64,000 nucleotides of DNA from Candidatus Binatia bacterium (GCA_963666515.2 OY762897.2:224001-288000); one strand, 5' to 3'; positions 23,046 through 33,024 are shown, counted from the stretch's first letter. Numbers and translations: made by a program. Notes: generated by a model from the sequence alone, not told the origin.

Positions 23046-23072
23046 TAAAGTCCTTCGGAGAAGTGCCGATTT
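23046..23072 (+). promoter_or_regulatory. Sigma28/FliA-type promoter-like sequence upstream of radC
   Basis: TAAA-N15-GCCGATTT; consensus is TAAA-N15-GCCGATAA. Confidence 0.5.
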
Positions 23073-23168
23073 AATCTCTTGAGGCGGATGGACAGGTCCA
23101 TCGGCGCCGCGCGGGGATGCCGATGCGGCGCCGGGACTGCCCTCACGCGTCCGCCGCGTGCGCTCGAC

Positions 23169-23852
23169 ATGACACGAATCAATCAATGGCCGATGGAGGA
23201 CCGTCCGCGGGAGAAGCTTCTCGAAAGAGGGGCGGAACATCTCACGGAAACGGAGTTGCTGGCGATCCTGCTGGGCACCGGCAGCGCCGGGGAGCACCAG
23301 AACGCGCTGGACCACGCGCGCATGCTGATGGTGAAATTCGGCGGCCTGAGCGGCATCGACGACGCGTCCGTCGCCGAGTTGACGGACCTCAAGGGCCTGG
23401 GAGCGGCCAAGGCCGCCCGCTTGAAGGCGTGCCTGGAGCTGGGCCGCCGCCGGGAGGACCTGCGGTGGGAGGCCGGCCAGTTGCTCAGTTCGCCGGAGGA
23501 GGTGTACCGCCATTTCCGGCCTCGTTGCGTCAACGCCAAGCGTGAGTCATTCTACGTGGTCCTGCTGACCAACCGGAACCGCAAGATCCGGGACGTCAAG
23601 ATCTCCGAGGGGTCCCTCACGGCCTCGGTCGTGCACCCCAGGGAGGTCTTCAATCCGGTGATCCGGGAGTCCGCGGCCGGGGTCATCTTCGTCCACAACC
23701 ATCCCAGCGGCGATCCTTCCCCCAGCCGCGAGGACGTGGACATCACCCATCGCCTACGGCAGGTGGGCGAGGTGCTCGGCGTGCGCGTCCACGACCACGT
23801 CGTGGTGGGGCACGACCGCTTCTTCAGCTTCAACCGGGAGGGGCTGCTGTAG
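23169..23852 (+). CDS. radC: RadC/UPF0758 JAB-domain protein
   Basis: RPREKL, ELLAILL, VHPREVF, HNHPSGDPSPSRED, DH. Confidence 0.95.
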   Translation: MTRINQWPMEDRPREKLLERGAEHLTETELLAILLGTGSAGEHQNALDHARMLMVKFGGLSGIDDASVAELTDLKGLGAAKAARLKACLELGRRREDLRWEAGQLLSSPEEVYRHFRPRCVNAKRESFYVVLLTNRNRKIRDVKISEGSLTASVVHPREVFNPVIRESAAGVIFVHNHPSGDPSPSREDVDITHRLRQVGEVLGVRVHDHVVVGHDRFFSFNREGLL

Positions 23853-23998
23853 TCCGATGGACAAGCGTGATTGCGTGGTATGTTGAGAACAGTGAGCAAG
23901 GAGCGGAAACCGGTTCAGGCCCTCGTCGCGTGCTTGACCCCCGGTCGCGGTACGGAGTACGTTAATCCGCAATCGCGCCTTCAGGGGGTTCAAGCAAC

Positions 23999-25474
23999 AT
24001 GTCTCAGGTCAAGCATTACACAACCGACGTCGCCATCATCGGCTCCGGCGGAGCCGGCATCGCAGCGGGCATCGAGGCCCGCGACGCCGGCGCCGGCGCC
24101 ATCGCCTTCGAGAGGGCGCCGGATCTCGGCGGCGCCGCCATCATCTCCGGCGGCGGCTGCCTCATCGTGGGCTCGCCGATCCAGAAGGAAAACGGCATCA
24201 TCGACACGCCGGACCTGGCCTTCAACGACTGGATCAAGTGGGGCGGCCCTTCGGTGGACGAAGTCTGGGCGCGCTACTACATCGAGCACTCGCTGCACGA
24301 TCTCTACTTCTGGGCCGAGCGCATGGGCGTCAAGTGGGTGGACATGAAGCAGCAGGAGGGCAACACGGTCATCCGCTGGACCCGCTCCCAGAGCAACGGC
24401 CTGGGCCTCATGACGCACCTCATCGACGCCTTCCGCGAGCGCGGCGGCGAGATCGTCGCCAACACCGAAGTCACGGAGCTCAAGAAGGAGAACGGGCGCG
24501 TGACCGGCTTCGTGGGCAAGGACGGCAGCACCGGCGACACCGTGGACGTGGACAGCAAGGTGGTGGTGGTGGCCACCGGCGGCTTCAATTCCAACCTGGA
24601 CATGGTGCTGGAGGCCAACCCGGGCCTCGCCGGCGAGCGGGTCATGGAAGGCTCGGGCCGCGGCTCCACCGGCACCGGCCACAGGCTGGTGCGGCAGGCC
24701 GGCGGCTACCTGACCCACATGGACCACATCTGGTTCTACGTCTACGCCACCCCGGACTACCGCGACCCGAACGGGCGGCGCGGCCTGGTCTTCCGCCAGG
24801 CGCCCGGCTACATCTGGATCAACCAGCAGGGGCGGCGCTTCCACAACGAGGCCCTGTCCGGCGGCAACTCGGCCACGCCCGCGCTGATGGCCCAGGAGCC
24901 GCGCCACGCGTGGGCGGTGGTGGATACGCCCATCGTCTCCAAGATCGAGATCGCGGACCCCTACTACCGCGCCGGCGACAAGGTGGACCGGGACAAGGTC
25001 CAGGAACTGCTGGACAACTCGCCGTTCATCAAGAAGGCGGACTCGCTGGAGGAGCTGGGCAGGGCCATGGAGGTGGAGGTGCCGGCCTTTCTCGACACCG
25101 TGGATCGCTACAACCAGGCGTGCGAGCAGGGGCTGGAGAAGGAGCCGGAGTTCGGCAAGCCGCTCAAGCTCTCCAAGAAGTTCGACACCCCGCCCTATTA
25201 TGCCATCCAGATCTTCCCGCTGGCGCGCAAGAACTTCGGCGGGGTCAAGACCGACATCCGCTGCCGGGTGCTGAACAAGCACTTCGAGCCGATCCCCGGC
25301 CTCTACGCCGCCGGCGAGGTGGCCGGCATGGCCGGAGGCCACATCAACGGCCGCGCGGGCCTGGAAGGTACCATGCTCGGCCCGTCCATCTTCAGCGGCC
25401 GCGTGGCCGGCGGTTGGGCGGCCCACGAGGCAGGCTGCGGCGACGGCTTCGTCGGCGTTCCCAACCGCGACTAG
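23999..25474 (+). CDS. FAD-dependent dehydrogenase (FAD_binding_2; KsdD-like)
   Basis: GSGGAG, ATGGF, ARKNFGG, GLYAAGE, GLEGTMLG..FSGR. Lacks the fumarate reductase HHTMGG and RLGGN motifs. Confidence 0.8.
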   Translation: MSQVKHYTTDVAIIGSGGAGIAAGIEARDAGAGAIAFERAPDLGGAAIISGGGCLIVGSPIQKENGIIDTPDLAFNDWIKWGGPSVDEVWARYYIEHSLHDLYFWAERMGVKWVDMKQQEGNTVIRWTRSQSNGLGLMTHLIDAFRERGGEIVANTEVTELKKENGRVTGFVGKDGSTGDTVDVDSKVVVVATGGFNSNLDMVLEANPGLAGERVMEGSGRGSTGTGHRLVRQAGGYLTHMDHIWFYVYATPDYRDPNGRRGLVFRQAPGYIWINQQGRRFHNEALSGGNSATPALMAQEPRHAWAVVDTPIVSKIEIADPYYRAGDKVDRDKVQELLDNSPFIKKADSLEELGRAMEVEVPAFLDTVDRYNQACEQGLEKEPEFGKPLKLSKKFDTPPYYAIQIFPLARKNFGGVKTDIRCRVLNKHFEPIPGLYAAGEVAGMAGGHINGRAGLEGTMLGPSIFSGRVAGGWAAHEAGCGDGFVGVPNRD

Positions 25475-25570
25475 GAGCCAGTCCGGGTAGACTCCTGATT
25501 ACTTGAACAGGCTTCTGGCATCCGCTCGTACCCGTCAACTGCAATGAGCATCCTCCGCCAATGTCGGAAA

Positions 25571-25599
25571 CCGTCATTCCGGCGGAAGCCGGAATCCAG
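25571..25599 (+). repeat. 29-bp hairpin repeat, family C
   Basis: CCGTCATTCCGGCGGAAGCCGGAATCCAG; one difference from 12275-12303. Confidence 0.75.
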
Positions 25600-25619
25600 G
25601 AGAGGAGGCGGTCGCTGAC

Positions 25620-28091
25620 ATGATGACGGAACCACAAATCGAGAAGGTGCGGGGCTACTGCGCCTTGTGCACCGCCCACTGCGCCACCGTGGCCACGGTG
25701 GAGGACGGACGGGTGACGCGGCTGGACGCGGACCACGACCATCCCAACGGCGGCGCCATCTGCGTCAAGGGCAAGGCCGCGCCGGAGCTGGTCTACAACG
25801 GCGAGCGCCTGGACTACCCGTTGCGCCGCACCAACCCCAAGGGCGCTGAGGACCCGGGCTGGGAGCGGGTGGGTTGGGACGAGGCGCTGGACGACATCGC
25901 CGCGCGCCTGCTCGACATCCGGGAGCGCTACGGCGCCGAGGCCGTCGTCATGGCGCGGGGTACCGCCAGCGGCACCTCGACGGACGACGTCAACGGCTGG
26001 TCGTCGCGCCTCCTGAACCTCATCGGCAGCCCCAATGCGCTGTCCACCACCCACGTCTGCAACTGGCACCGCGACACGGCGTTCAGCTACACGTTCGGCG
26101 TGCCGCAGCCGTCTCCGGACGTGCTCAACAGCGGCGCCTTCCTTCTGTGGGGCCACAACCCGAGCTCCACGCAGTTGATGCTGGCCCAGGACACCGTCAC
26201 CGCGCGCAAGCGCGGCATGAAGATCGTGGTGGTGGACCCGCGAAAGGTCGGCCTGGGCAGTCAGGCCGACGTGCTGCTGCAGGTGCGCCCGGGCGCCGAC
26301 GGGGCGCTGGCCTTGGCCCTCGTCCACGTCATGATCGAGGAGGGACGCTACGACGAAGACTTCGTCCGCGACTGGACCAACGGCCCGTTCCTGCTGCGCA
26401 CGGACACCGGAAAGCCGTTGACCGAGGCGGACGTGGCAGCCGGGGGCAGTGGGGAGCGCTACGTGGTCTGGGACGAAGCCTCGGAGCAGGCGGTGGTCTA
26501 CGATCCGCATGCCAAAGCCTTCGAGGCGGACGGCCTCCAGCCGGTGGCTGCCGACGGGCCGGGGGTGAACGACGCCCCCGACGCCGGCGCCGGCGACGCG
26601 GCCAGGGTGCGGCCGGCGCTGCTCGGACGCTTCGGCGTGCCAGCGAAGGACGGCGGTACAATCTCGTGCGAGCCTGCCTTCGCCGCGCTGGCGCGGCTTG
26701 CCTCGTCCTACGCCCCGGAACGGTCCGAGAGCGTCACCCGTGTTCCCGCGGACAACGTACGCGAGGCCGCCCGTGTCCTAAGCGGCAACCGGCCCGTGAG
26801 CATGTTCATGTGGAACGGCGTCGGCCAGCACACCAACGCGACCCAGACGAGCCGGGCCATCTCCACGTTGTACGCGTTGCTGGGCGACATCGACGAGCTG
26901 GGCGGCAACCTGATGCTGCCCATGGCGCCGCTTCGCGCGGTGGACGGCAAGGAGTTCATTTCCTCCGAGGCGCTCGCCAGGCGCATCGGCCTCGAAGAGA
27001 AACCGCTGGGACCGCCGGCGACCGCCGGCGCTTGCGCGGCTCACGACGTCTACACCGCCATCCTCGAGGACCGCCCGTACCCGGTGCACGCCCTCATCAA
27101 CCTGGGCTCCAACACGGTGATGTCCAACGGCGACCCGGCGCGGGGCCGCGAGGCCCTCTGCGCGCTGGATCTGGGAGTGGCCACCGAGCTGTTCATGACC
27201 CCCACCGCTGAGCTCTGCGACTACGTGCTGCCCGCCACCAGTTTCCTGGAGATGGACCATCTCGTGGGCGGGTTCCGGCACCGGGTGGATGCCCGCTCCC
27301 ACGTCCAGTACCGGCGGCGGGCGGTGGACCCGCTGGAGGAGCGGCGCCCGGACACGTGGGTGATGTTCGAGCTGGCCAAGCGCATGGGCTTCGGCGACGA
27401 CTTCTGGGACGGCGACGTGGAGGCGGCCCGCGCGTACCAGTTGGAGCCCACGGGCATGACCCTGGACGAGGTCAAGGCGCACCCGGGCGGCGTGACCCTG
27501 GACAACCCGCGACGCTACCGGAAATACGCCGACACCGACGGGGAGGGGCGGCCGAAGGGTTTCAACAATCCGTCCGGCAGGGTGGAAATCTACTCGCACC
27601 GGCTGGCGGAGCACGGTTTCCCGCCGCTGCCGGAGTACGTGGAGCCGGCCCTCAGCCCCTTGAGCCAGCCGGAACTCGCCGGGGAGTATCCCCTGGTCCT
27701 CACCAATGCCAAGGTCACGACGTTCATCCATAGCCAGCACCGGGCCCTGCCCAGTCTTCGCAAGGCGGCGCCGGAGCCCAGCGCCGAGCTCCATCCGGAT
27801 ACCGCGGGGGAGCACGGCGTCGAGCACAAGCAGTGGATGATCGTGGAGAGCCCCAAGGGCGCGGTCAAGGTGCGGGCGAACCTCACGCGCCGGATCATCC
27901 CCGGAGTGGTCTGCGTTCAGCACGGCTGGTGGCAGCCCTGCCGAGAGCTGGAGCTTCCGGGCCACGATCCTTTCAGCGGGCTCGGCGCCAACCCCAACGG
28001 GCTCGTGGACGCCGAGCACCGCGACCCGATCAGCGGCTCGCTGCCGCACCGGTCGTTCCTGTGCCGGGTGCGCCCGGCCGATGACGCCTGA
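25620..28091 (+). CDS. Molybdopterin (bis-MGD, DMSO reductase superfamily) oxidoreductase catalytic subunit
   Basis: CALCTAHC...CVKG [4Fe-4S] motif, RLDYPL, WGHNP, VVDPR, DYVLPA, C-terminal molydop-binding domain. No Tat signal. Confidence 0.9.
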   Translation: MMTEPQIEKVRGYCALCTAHCATVATVEDGRVTRLDADHDHPNGGAICVKGKAAPELVYNGERLDYPLRRTNPKGAEDPGWERVGWDEALDDIAARLLDIRERYGAEAVVMARGTASGTSTDDVNGWSSRLLNLIGSPNALSTTHVCNWHRDTAFSYTFGVPQPSPDVLNSGAFLLWGHNPSSTQLMLAQDTVTARKRGMKIVVVDPRKVGLGSQADVLLQVRPGADGALALALVHVMIEEGRYDEDFVRDWTNGPFLLRTDTGKPLTEADVAAGGSGERYVVWDEASEQAVVYDPHAKAFEADGLQPVAADGPGVNDAPDAGAGDAARVRPALLGRFGVPAKDGGTISCEPAFAALARLASSYAPERSESVTRVPADNVREAARVLSGNRPVSMFMWNGVGQHTNATQTSRAISTLYALLGDIDELGGNLMLPMAPLRAVDGKEFISSEALARRIGLEEKPLGPPATAGACAAHDVYTAILEDRPYPVHALINLGSNTVMSNGDPARGREALCALDLGVATELFMTPTAELCDYVLPATSFLEMDHLVGGFRHRVDARSHVQYRRRAVDPLEERRPDTWVMFELAKRMGFGDDFWDGDVEAARAYQLEPTGMTLDEVKAHPGGVTLDNPRRYRKYADTDGEGRPKGFNNPSGRVEIYSHRLAEHGFPPLPEYVEPALSPLSQPELAGEYPLVLTNAKVTTFIHSQHRALPSLRKAAPEPSAELHPDTAGEHGVEHKQWMIVESPKGAVKVRANLTRRIIPGVVCVQHGWWQPCRELELPGHDPFSGLGANPNGLVDAEHRDPISGSLPHRSFLCRVRPADDA

Positions 28092-28100
28092 GGAGAATGA

Positions 28101-29174
28101 ATGGTTCTCGTACTCAAGAATGAACAACTGGAAGACCTCGTTCCCATGACGGACGAGATCGACGCCATCGAGCAGGCCTATCGCGAGATGGGCGAGGGAA
28201 GCGCGGTCAATTCACCCCGGGCCCGCCTCCGGGTGCAGGCGCCGGGAAAGAAGCCCGGCTTCCAGTACTACTTCAACAACATCATGGGCCTCGTTCCCGG
28301 CATGAAGTCCATGGGGCTCCGCATCGACTCGACCTTCTCCGACGAAGAGGAGGTGGCGGGCACCAAGCGGCGCATCTACCCCGGCGACTACGTGGGCCTC
28401 GTCTTCCTGTTCGACATGGAGGACTGCTCGCTGCTGTCCATCATGGACGACCACTTCATCTCCATCTTCCGCGTCGGCGCCACCAGCGGCGTGGCGGCCA
28501 AGCACTTGGCTCGGGCGGACGCCAAGGTCATGGGGTTGGTGGGTTCCGGGGAGCAGGCCAAGACCCAGCTCCTGGCTGCCTGCGCCGTGCGCCAGCTCGA
28601 CACGGTCAAGGTGTTCAGCCCCACCCGCGCCAACCGCGAACGCTTCGCCGAGGAGATGACCGAGAAGGCGGGGGTGGAGATCGTGCCGGTGCACTCCGCG
28701 GAAGAGGCCGTGCGCGGCAGCGACATCGTCACCGCGGCCACCAACACGGTGGACCCGGTCATCAACGGCGAGTGGCTGGAGAAGGGCGCCTTCGTCAACA
28801 GCATCGTAGGCGGCGACAGCTACCTGTCCCGCCACGAGCTGGACGACGCCGTGATCGAGCGCGCCGGTCTCATCGTGGTGGGCTTCCGCAGGCAGGTCTT
28901 CCTCGACAAGCAGGCCGAGCTGTTCCCCCGCATCGAGCGCGGCCTCATCAAGGAGGAAGACCTGCACGAACTGGGCGAGCTCCTCACCGGCCAGTGCCGC
29001 GGCCGCGAGAACGACGACGAGATCATCGTCTTCAAGAACAACACCGGCATGGGCATCCAGTTCGCCGCCACCGCCCGCATCCTCTACGAGGCCGCCCGCA
29101 AGAAGGGCATCGGCACCGAGCTCCCCTCCGAGTTGTTCATCACCGACCGCAAGGGCAAGACCTACTCGCCGTAG
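28101..29174 (+). CDS. Ornithine cyclodeaminase/mu-crystallin family protein
   Basis: RVGATSGVA..HLAR, GSGEQA, SDIVTAAT, GRENDDEIIVFKN..GMGIQ. Confidence 0.88.
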   Translation: MVLVLKNEQLEDLVPMTDEIDAIEQAYREMGEGSAVNSPRARLRVQAPGKKPGFQYYFNNIMGLVPGMKSMGLRIDSTFSDEEEVAGTKRRIYPGDYVGLVFLFDMEDCSLLSIMDDHFISIFRVGATSGVAAKHLARADAKVMGLVGSGEQAKTQLLAACAVRQLDTVKVFSPTRANRERFAEEMTEKAGVEIVPVHSAEEAVRGSDIVTAATNTVDPVINGEWLEKGAFVNSIVGGDSYLSRHELDDAVIERAGLIVVGFRRQVFLDKQAELFPRIERGLIKEEDLHELGELLTGQCRGRENDDEIIVFKNNTGMGIQFAATARILYEAARKKGIGTELPSELFITDRKGKTYSP

Positions 29175-29243
29175 CCGTCCCCGGAACCGAGGCGTTGGCG
29201 GCCTCCCGTACCCAAGGGGGGCGTCTTCGCTTTGCTCCAATAC

Positions 29244-29272
29244 TTGCGCACGGTCCATTTATGGACTACGCT
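29244..29272 (+). promoter_or_regulatory. TA operon promoter with palindromic operator
   Basis: TTGCGC-17-TACGCT, with GTCCAT-TT-ATGGAC (29253-29266) in the spacer. Confidence 0.6.
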
Positions 29273-29285
29273 ATCGGAAAGAGAT

Positions 29286-29702
29286 ATGGATCATGCCATG
29301 ACTGCACGAGCGTACCCAGCAACGGCAGCAGAACGAAAGGACTTGTCTGGTCCGGCGTTGCGCACGTTCTTTCGGATCGCGGGTCTCTGGAGCCTCTCGG
29401 TCGAGGAACAGATGACCCTTCTCGGGGTGGCAGCTCGATCGACCTTCTTCAAGTGGAAGAAGGATCCGAACGTCGTTCTGCCAAGAGATACGCTGGAGCG
29501 CATTTCCTACATCGTAGGCGTCTACAAGGCGCTTCAGATTCTGCTGCCCGACGAAAAAGCAGCCGATGAATGGGTAAGGCGACCGAATGCGGCGCCCCTG
29601 TTCAGCGGCCGGTCGGCCCTTGACCGGATGTTGTCCGGCCAGGTAGCGGACCTGTTCCTCGTTCGGCAATACCTCGACGCAGAGCGCGGCGGCTGGGCGT
29701 GA
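29286..29702 (+). CDS. Antitoxin, Xre/MbcA/ParS family
   Basis: FFRIA..W.L..EEQ..LLG, LERISY..G.YKAL, W..RPN..F.G..LD.M. GTGA overlap with the RES gene. Start could also be 29298. Confidence 0.88.
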   Translation: MDHAMTARAYPATAAERKDLSGPALRTFFRIAGLWSLSVEEQMTLLGVAARSTFFKWKKDPNVVLPRDTLERISYIVGVYKALQILLPDEKAADEWVRRPNAAPLFSGRSALDRMLSGQVADLFLVRQYLDAERGGWA

Positions 29703-30394
29703 CGCCGCCGGTTACCTCTATAGAGTGGAAGCCGTGCTGGCGAATCATCCCCAGCCGATTCCCGCCGATTCAGCTCTTCGAGCGAGTGACGGAGCCACAA
29801 GATCTGGAAGCGATCCTTGAGTTGGACGCGCTGACCAATCCCATGCTCCGCAACGAGGTCGGCAACATCCAGCTCGTGCCGCCCGAAGACCGCGTCAGCG
29901 GGCCGGGCACCAGCGTGATCATGGCGGCGTTCACCCATGTGAACCCGAACGGCAGCCGGTTCTCGGATGGCACGTACGGAGTCTTCTATGCCGCGAACGA
30001 CCTCGATACGGCCATTGCCGAGACCAAGCGCCACCGCGAGCGGTTCATGATCGCCACCGCACAGCGGCGCCTGGAGCTGGACATGCGGGTTTATCTGGCC
30101 GACCTTGAGGGACGCCTGCATGACTTGCGCGGACAGATGGCTGCGCAGCCGCTCATCTATCACACCGACAACTACGTCGCGGGCCAGCATCTGGGGAGAA
30201 CGCTGCGCGAGGGCGGGTCCAACGGCATCGTCTATGACAGCGTCCGCCGGACAGGGGGCGAGTGCGTCGCCGTATTCCGGCCACGCCTTCTCTCGAACGC
30301 CCGGCAAGAGCGGCATCTCCGCTACGTCTGGGATGGTCGGCAGATCGCGGCCGTCCATGAGCGACAAGAACTCGACAAGGATGGGATGTCCTGA
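29699..30394 (+). CDS. RES-domain toxin (NAD+ phosphorylase/ART-like family)
   Basis: Conserved R (WRIIPSRFPP), E (AIAET) and S (YDSVR); SRFSDGTYGVFYAA. Confidence 0.9.
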   Translation: MTPPVTSIEWKPCWRIIPSRFPPIQLFERVTEPQDLEAILELDALTNPMLRNEVGNIQLVPPEDRVSGPGTSVIMAAFTHVNPNGSRFSDGTYGVFYAANDLDTAIAETKRHRERFMIATAQRRLELDMRVYLADLEGRLHDLRGQMAAQPLIYHTDNYVAGQHLGRTLREGGSNGIVYDSVRRTGGECVAVFRPRLLSNARQERHLRYVWDGRQIAAVHERQELDKDGMS

Positions 30395-30423
30395 CGGTCA
30401 TGGCCAAATCCGCGTGACTCCGT

Positions 30424-31701
30424 TCAAAGTCGGCCGGGCTTGACGGGCCGCCTGATCAGCAGGGTGAGTCCGGCGCACAGGACCTGCACGGCGATGAAGA
30501 GGGTCAGGGACAGGTCGTAGCTGCCGGTGTAGTCGTAGGGGTAGCCGAAGGCGAGGCCGCCCGTGGCGGCGCAGAGCAGGAGGATCGGCACGCTGAGACT
30601 CCGGACCGTGCCGAGGGATATCCGGCCGAAGTAGTTGGCCCACATGACTTCCTGCAGGACCTGCGCCCCGCCGAGTCCGGCCCCGTAGAGGAAGAAGGCT
30701 ACATAGAGCCAGCGCAGCTCGGTGGTTTGCAGTGCAAGGACGAGCCCCGAGCCCTGTATGACGAACATCAGCGCCGTGGCCTTGCGGACGCTGACCCGTT
30801 CCCCCACGAATCCCCACAGAAGGCCCGATCCGAGCTGGGTCGCGGCGGTGACCGTCTGCACGGAGCCGGCCCAGACCGGGGAGTAGCCCATGTCGGAAAT
30901 GAACGGGACCAGGTGGAGGTTGAAGCCCGCCACCCCCATGTCGACCGTGCTGAAGATGAAGGTGATGAGCCAGAAGGTGGACGTGCGCATGGCCTCGCGC
31001 CGGGTCCAGCTCACGTCGGCGAGCACCGGAGCGCTGCCGGACCGGTCCGCGGGGGCCGCGTCCCGGGACCCGTAGGGCTCGGCGGCGCCGTCGGGGTGAA
31101 GCCCGAGGTCCTCCGGGCTCCGCCGCATCCACACCGCCGCCGGGATCAGGATCAGGAAGATCACCAGGCCCCCGAACAGGATCCACACGTAACGCCAGCC
31201 GATGGCCGTGAGCAGCACCGCGGCGACCAGGGCGATGGCGGTCTTGGAGATGCCCTGTCCCAGGTGCGCGATGGCCACGGCCCGGCCGCGCTTTTTCACG
31301 AACCAGCGGGAGATGGTGACGTTGACCACGAAGTAGCACACCAGGGCGTGCCCGATGGACACCGGCCCCACCCGTATCAACGCGAATTCCCAGAAGTTGC
31401 GGGCGTATCCCAGCAGCAGGAAGCCGGCGATCGAGATGGCCGCGCCGATGACCATGAGCCAGCGGGCGCCGTAGCGGTCCAGCAGGGAGCCGATCCACGG
31501 CGCCACGCCGGCGTAGCTCACCAGTTCCATGGCGCGCATGAGCGAGAACGTGCCGCGGGAGACGCCGAGATCGGCGGTGATGGATTTCATCAGCACCCCG
31601 AGGGTGCTGGAAAGGTAGAACGGGCAGGCGAGCTGCACCACGAAGCCGGTGCCGACGATGTACCAGCCGTAGAACAGCTTGGGTCTTGCGGATTTCTGCA
31701 T
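30424..31701 (-). CDS. MFS transporter
   Basis: FYGWYIV, G.LLDRYGAR, RWF.KKRGRA, about 12 TM segments, ANYFGR.SLG. Confidence 0.9.
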   Translation of the reverse strand: MQKSARPKLFYGWYIVGTGFVVQLACPFYLSSTLGVLMKSITADLGVSRGTFSLMRAMELVSYAGVAPWIGSLLDRYGARWLMVIGAAISIAGFLLLGYARNFWEFALIRVGPVSIGHALVCYFVVNVTISRWFVKKRGRAVAIAHLGQGISKTAIALVAAVLLTAIGWRYVWILFGGLVIFLILIPAAVWMRRSPEDLGLHPDGAAEPYGSRDAAPADRSGSAPVLADVSWTRREAMRTSTFWLITFIFSTVDMGVAGFNLHLVPFISDMGYSPVWAGSVQTVTAATQLGSGLLWGFVGERVSVRKATALMFVIQGSGLVLALQTTELRWLYVAFFLYGAGLGGAQVLQEVMWANYFGRISLGTVRSLSVPILLLCAATGGLAFGYPYDYTGSYDLSLTLFIAVQVLCAGLTLLIRRPVKPGRL

Positions 31702-31722
31702 TGCCTTGAGTCGGCCGGTTGG

Positions 31723-33024
31723 TCACCGGGCCGATTCGAGCCCGGCCGGGTGGCGGGGTCTCCGTATGGTAAGCGTCAGCAGCGATGAGATCACCAGCAT
31801 GGTCATGAACAGGTAGAAGGAAATCGTGTACGATCCGGTGTAGTCGTTCACGAAGCCGAAGAACGGCGGACCGCAGACGCCGCAGAGCAGCACGATCTGC
31901 AGGGAGGCGCCGCGCACCGTGCCGAGCGAGATGCGGCCGAAATAGTTCGCCCACATGACCTCCTCCAACACCTGTACGCCGCCGAGCCCCAGGCCGTAGA
32001 AGAAGAAGCCGAGATAGATGGTCCAGAGTTCCTGTGCGTTGGCCGCCACGTACAGGCCGGCGGCCTCCACCAGAAACAGGAACGAGATGATCTTGCGCAC
32101 GCTGATGCGCTCGCCGACGAAGCCCCACAGGAGCCCCGAGGCCGTTTGCGTCCCGGCGATGACGGTCATGACGAAAGCGGCCTGGACCAGGGTGAACCCC
32201 AGGTCCGACACGTAGGAGACCACGTGAAGGTTGAGGCCGGTGACGCCTATGTCCACCATGCCGAAGACCAGGACGATGAGCCAGAAGGTGGACGTGCGGC
32301 GGACCTCCTTTCGGGTCCAGCTAATTTCCGGTTCGGGGGGCTCCGGACTGCTTGCCCCGCGCCCCTGCGCCTCCAGCGGCTCGTCCGCGGCGGCGCCGTC
32401 GGGATGAAGCCCCATGTCTTCCGGGCTTCGCCGCATGAAGACGGCCACCGGGATGACCGCGAGCACCACCACCAGCACGCCGAACAGCGTCCAGACCTGG
32501 CGCCACCCGATGAACGTCAGCAGCCAAGCCACCACCAGGGAGATGGTTATCTTGGCGATACCGTGCCCCAGGTGGGACAGGGCCATCGCCCGCCCGCGCA
32601 TCCGCACGAACCACCGGGCCACGGTGACGTTCACCACGAAGTAGCAGACCAGCGCGTGGCCCACGGCCATGGCGGTGGCGCGCACGGAAGCGAACTGCAC
32701 GAAGGACTGCACGTGTCCCAGCAGCAGGAAACCCGCGGCCGATAGGAGGGCGCCGGCGACCATCATGCCGCGCGGGCCGTAACGGTCTAGCAGCGAGCCC
32801 ACCCACGGCGCCATGATGGCGTACAGGAGATGCTCGCCCGACCGCAGCAGCGAGAAGATGCCCCTGGACACGCGGAGGTCGGCGGTGATGGGTTTCAGGA
32901 GGACGCTGAGCGTGCTGGAAAGGAAGAAGGCGCAGGAGATGTTGGCCAGGAAGGCGGCGCCGACGATGTACCAGCCATAGAAGATCCGCGGCCTGCCGGA
33001 GCGGTGGATGGAATCAGGGGTCAC
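31723..33024 (-). CDS. MFS transporter
   Basis: Close paralog of 30424-31701 with the same motifs. Confidence 0.9.
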   Translation of the reverse strand: MTPDSIHRSGRPRIFYGWYIVGAAFLANISCAFFLSSTLSVLLKPITADLRVSRGIFSLLRSGEHLLYAIMAPWVGSLLDRYGPRGMMVAGALLSAAGFLLLGHVQSFVQFASVRATAMAVGHALVCYFVVNVTVARWFVRMRGRAMALSHLGHGIAKITISLVVAWLLTFIGWRQVWTLFGVLVVVLAVIPVAVFMRRSPEDMGLHPDGAAADEPLEAQGRGASSPEPPEPEISWTRKEVRRTSTFWLIVLVFGMVDIGVTGLNLHVVSYVSDLGFTLVQAAFVMTVIAGTQTASGLLWGFVGERISVRKIISFLFLVEAAGLYVAANAQELWTIYLGFFFYGLGLGGVQVLEEVMWANYFGRISLGTVRGASLQIVLLCGVCGPPFFGFVNDYTGSYTISFYLFMTMLVISSLLTLTIRRPRHPAGLESAR

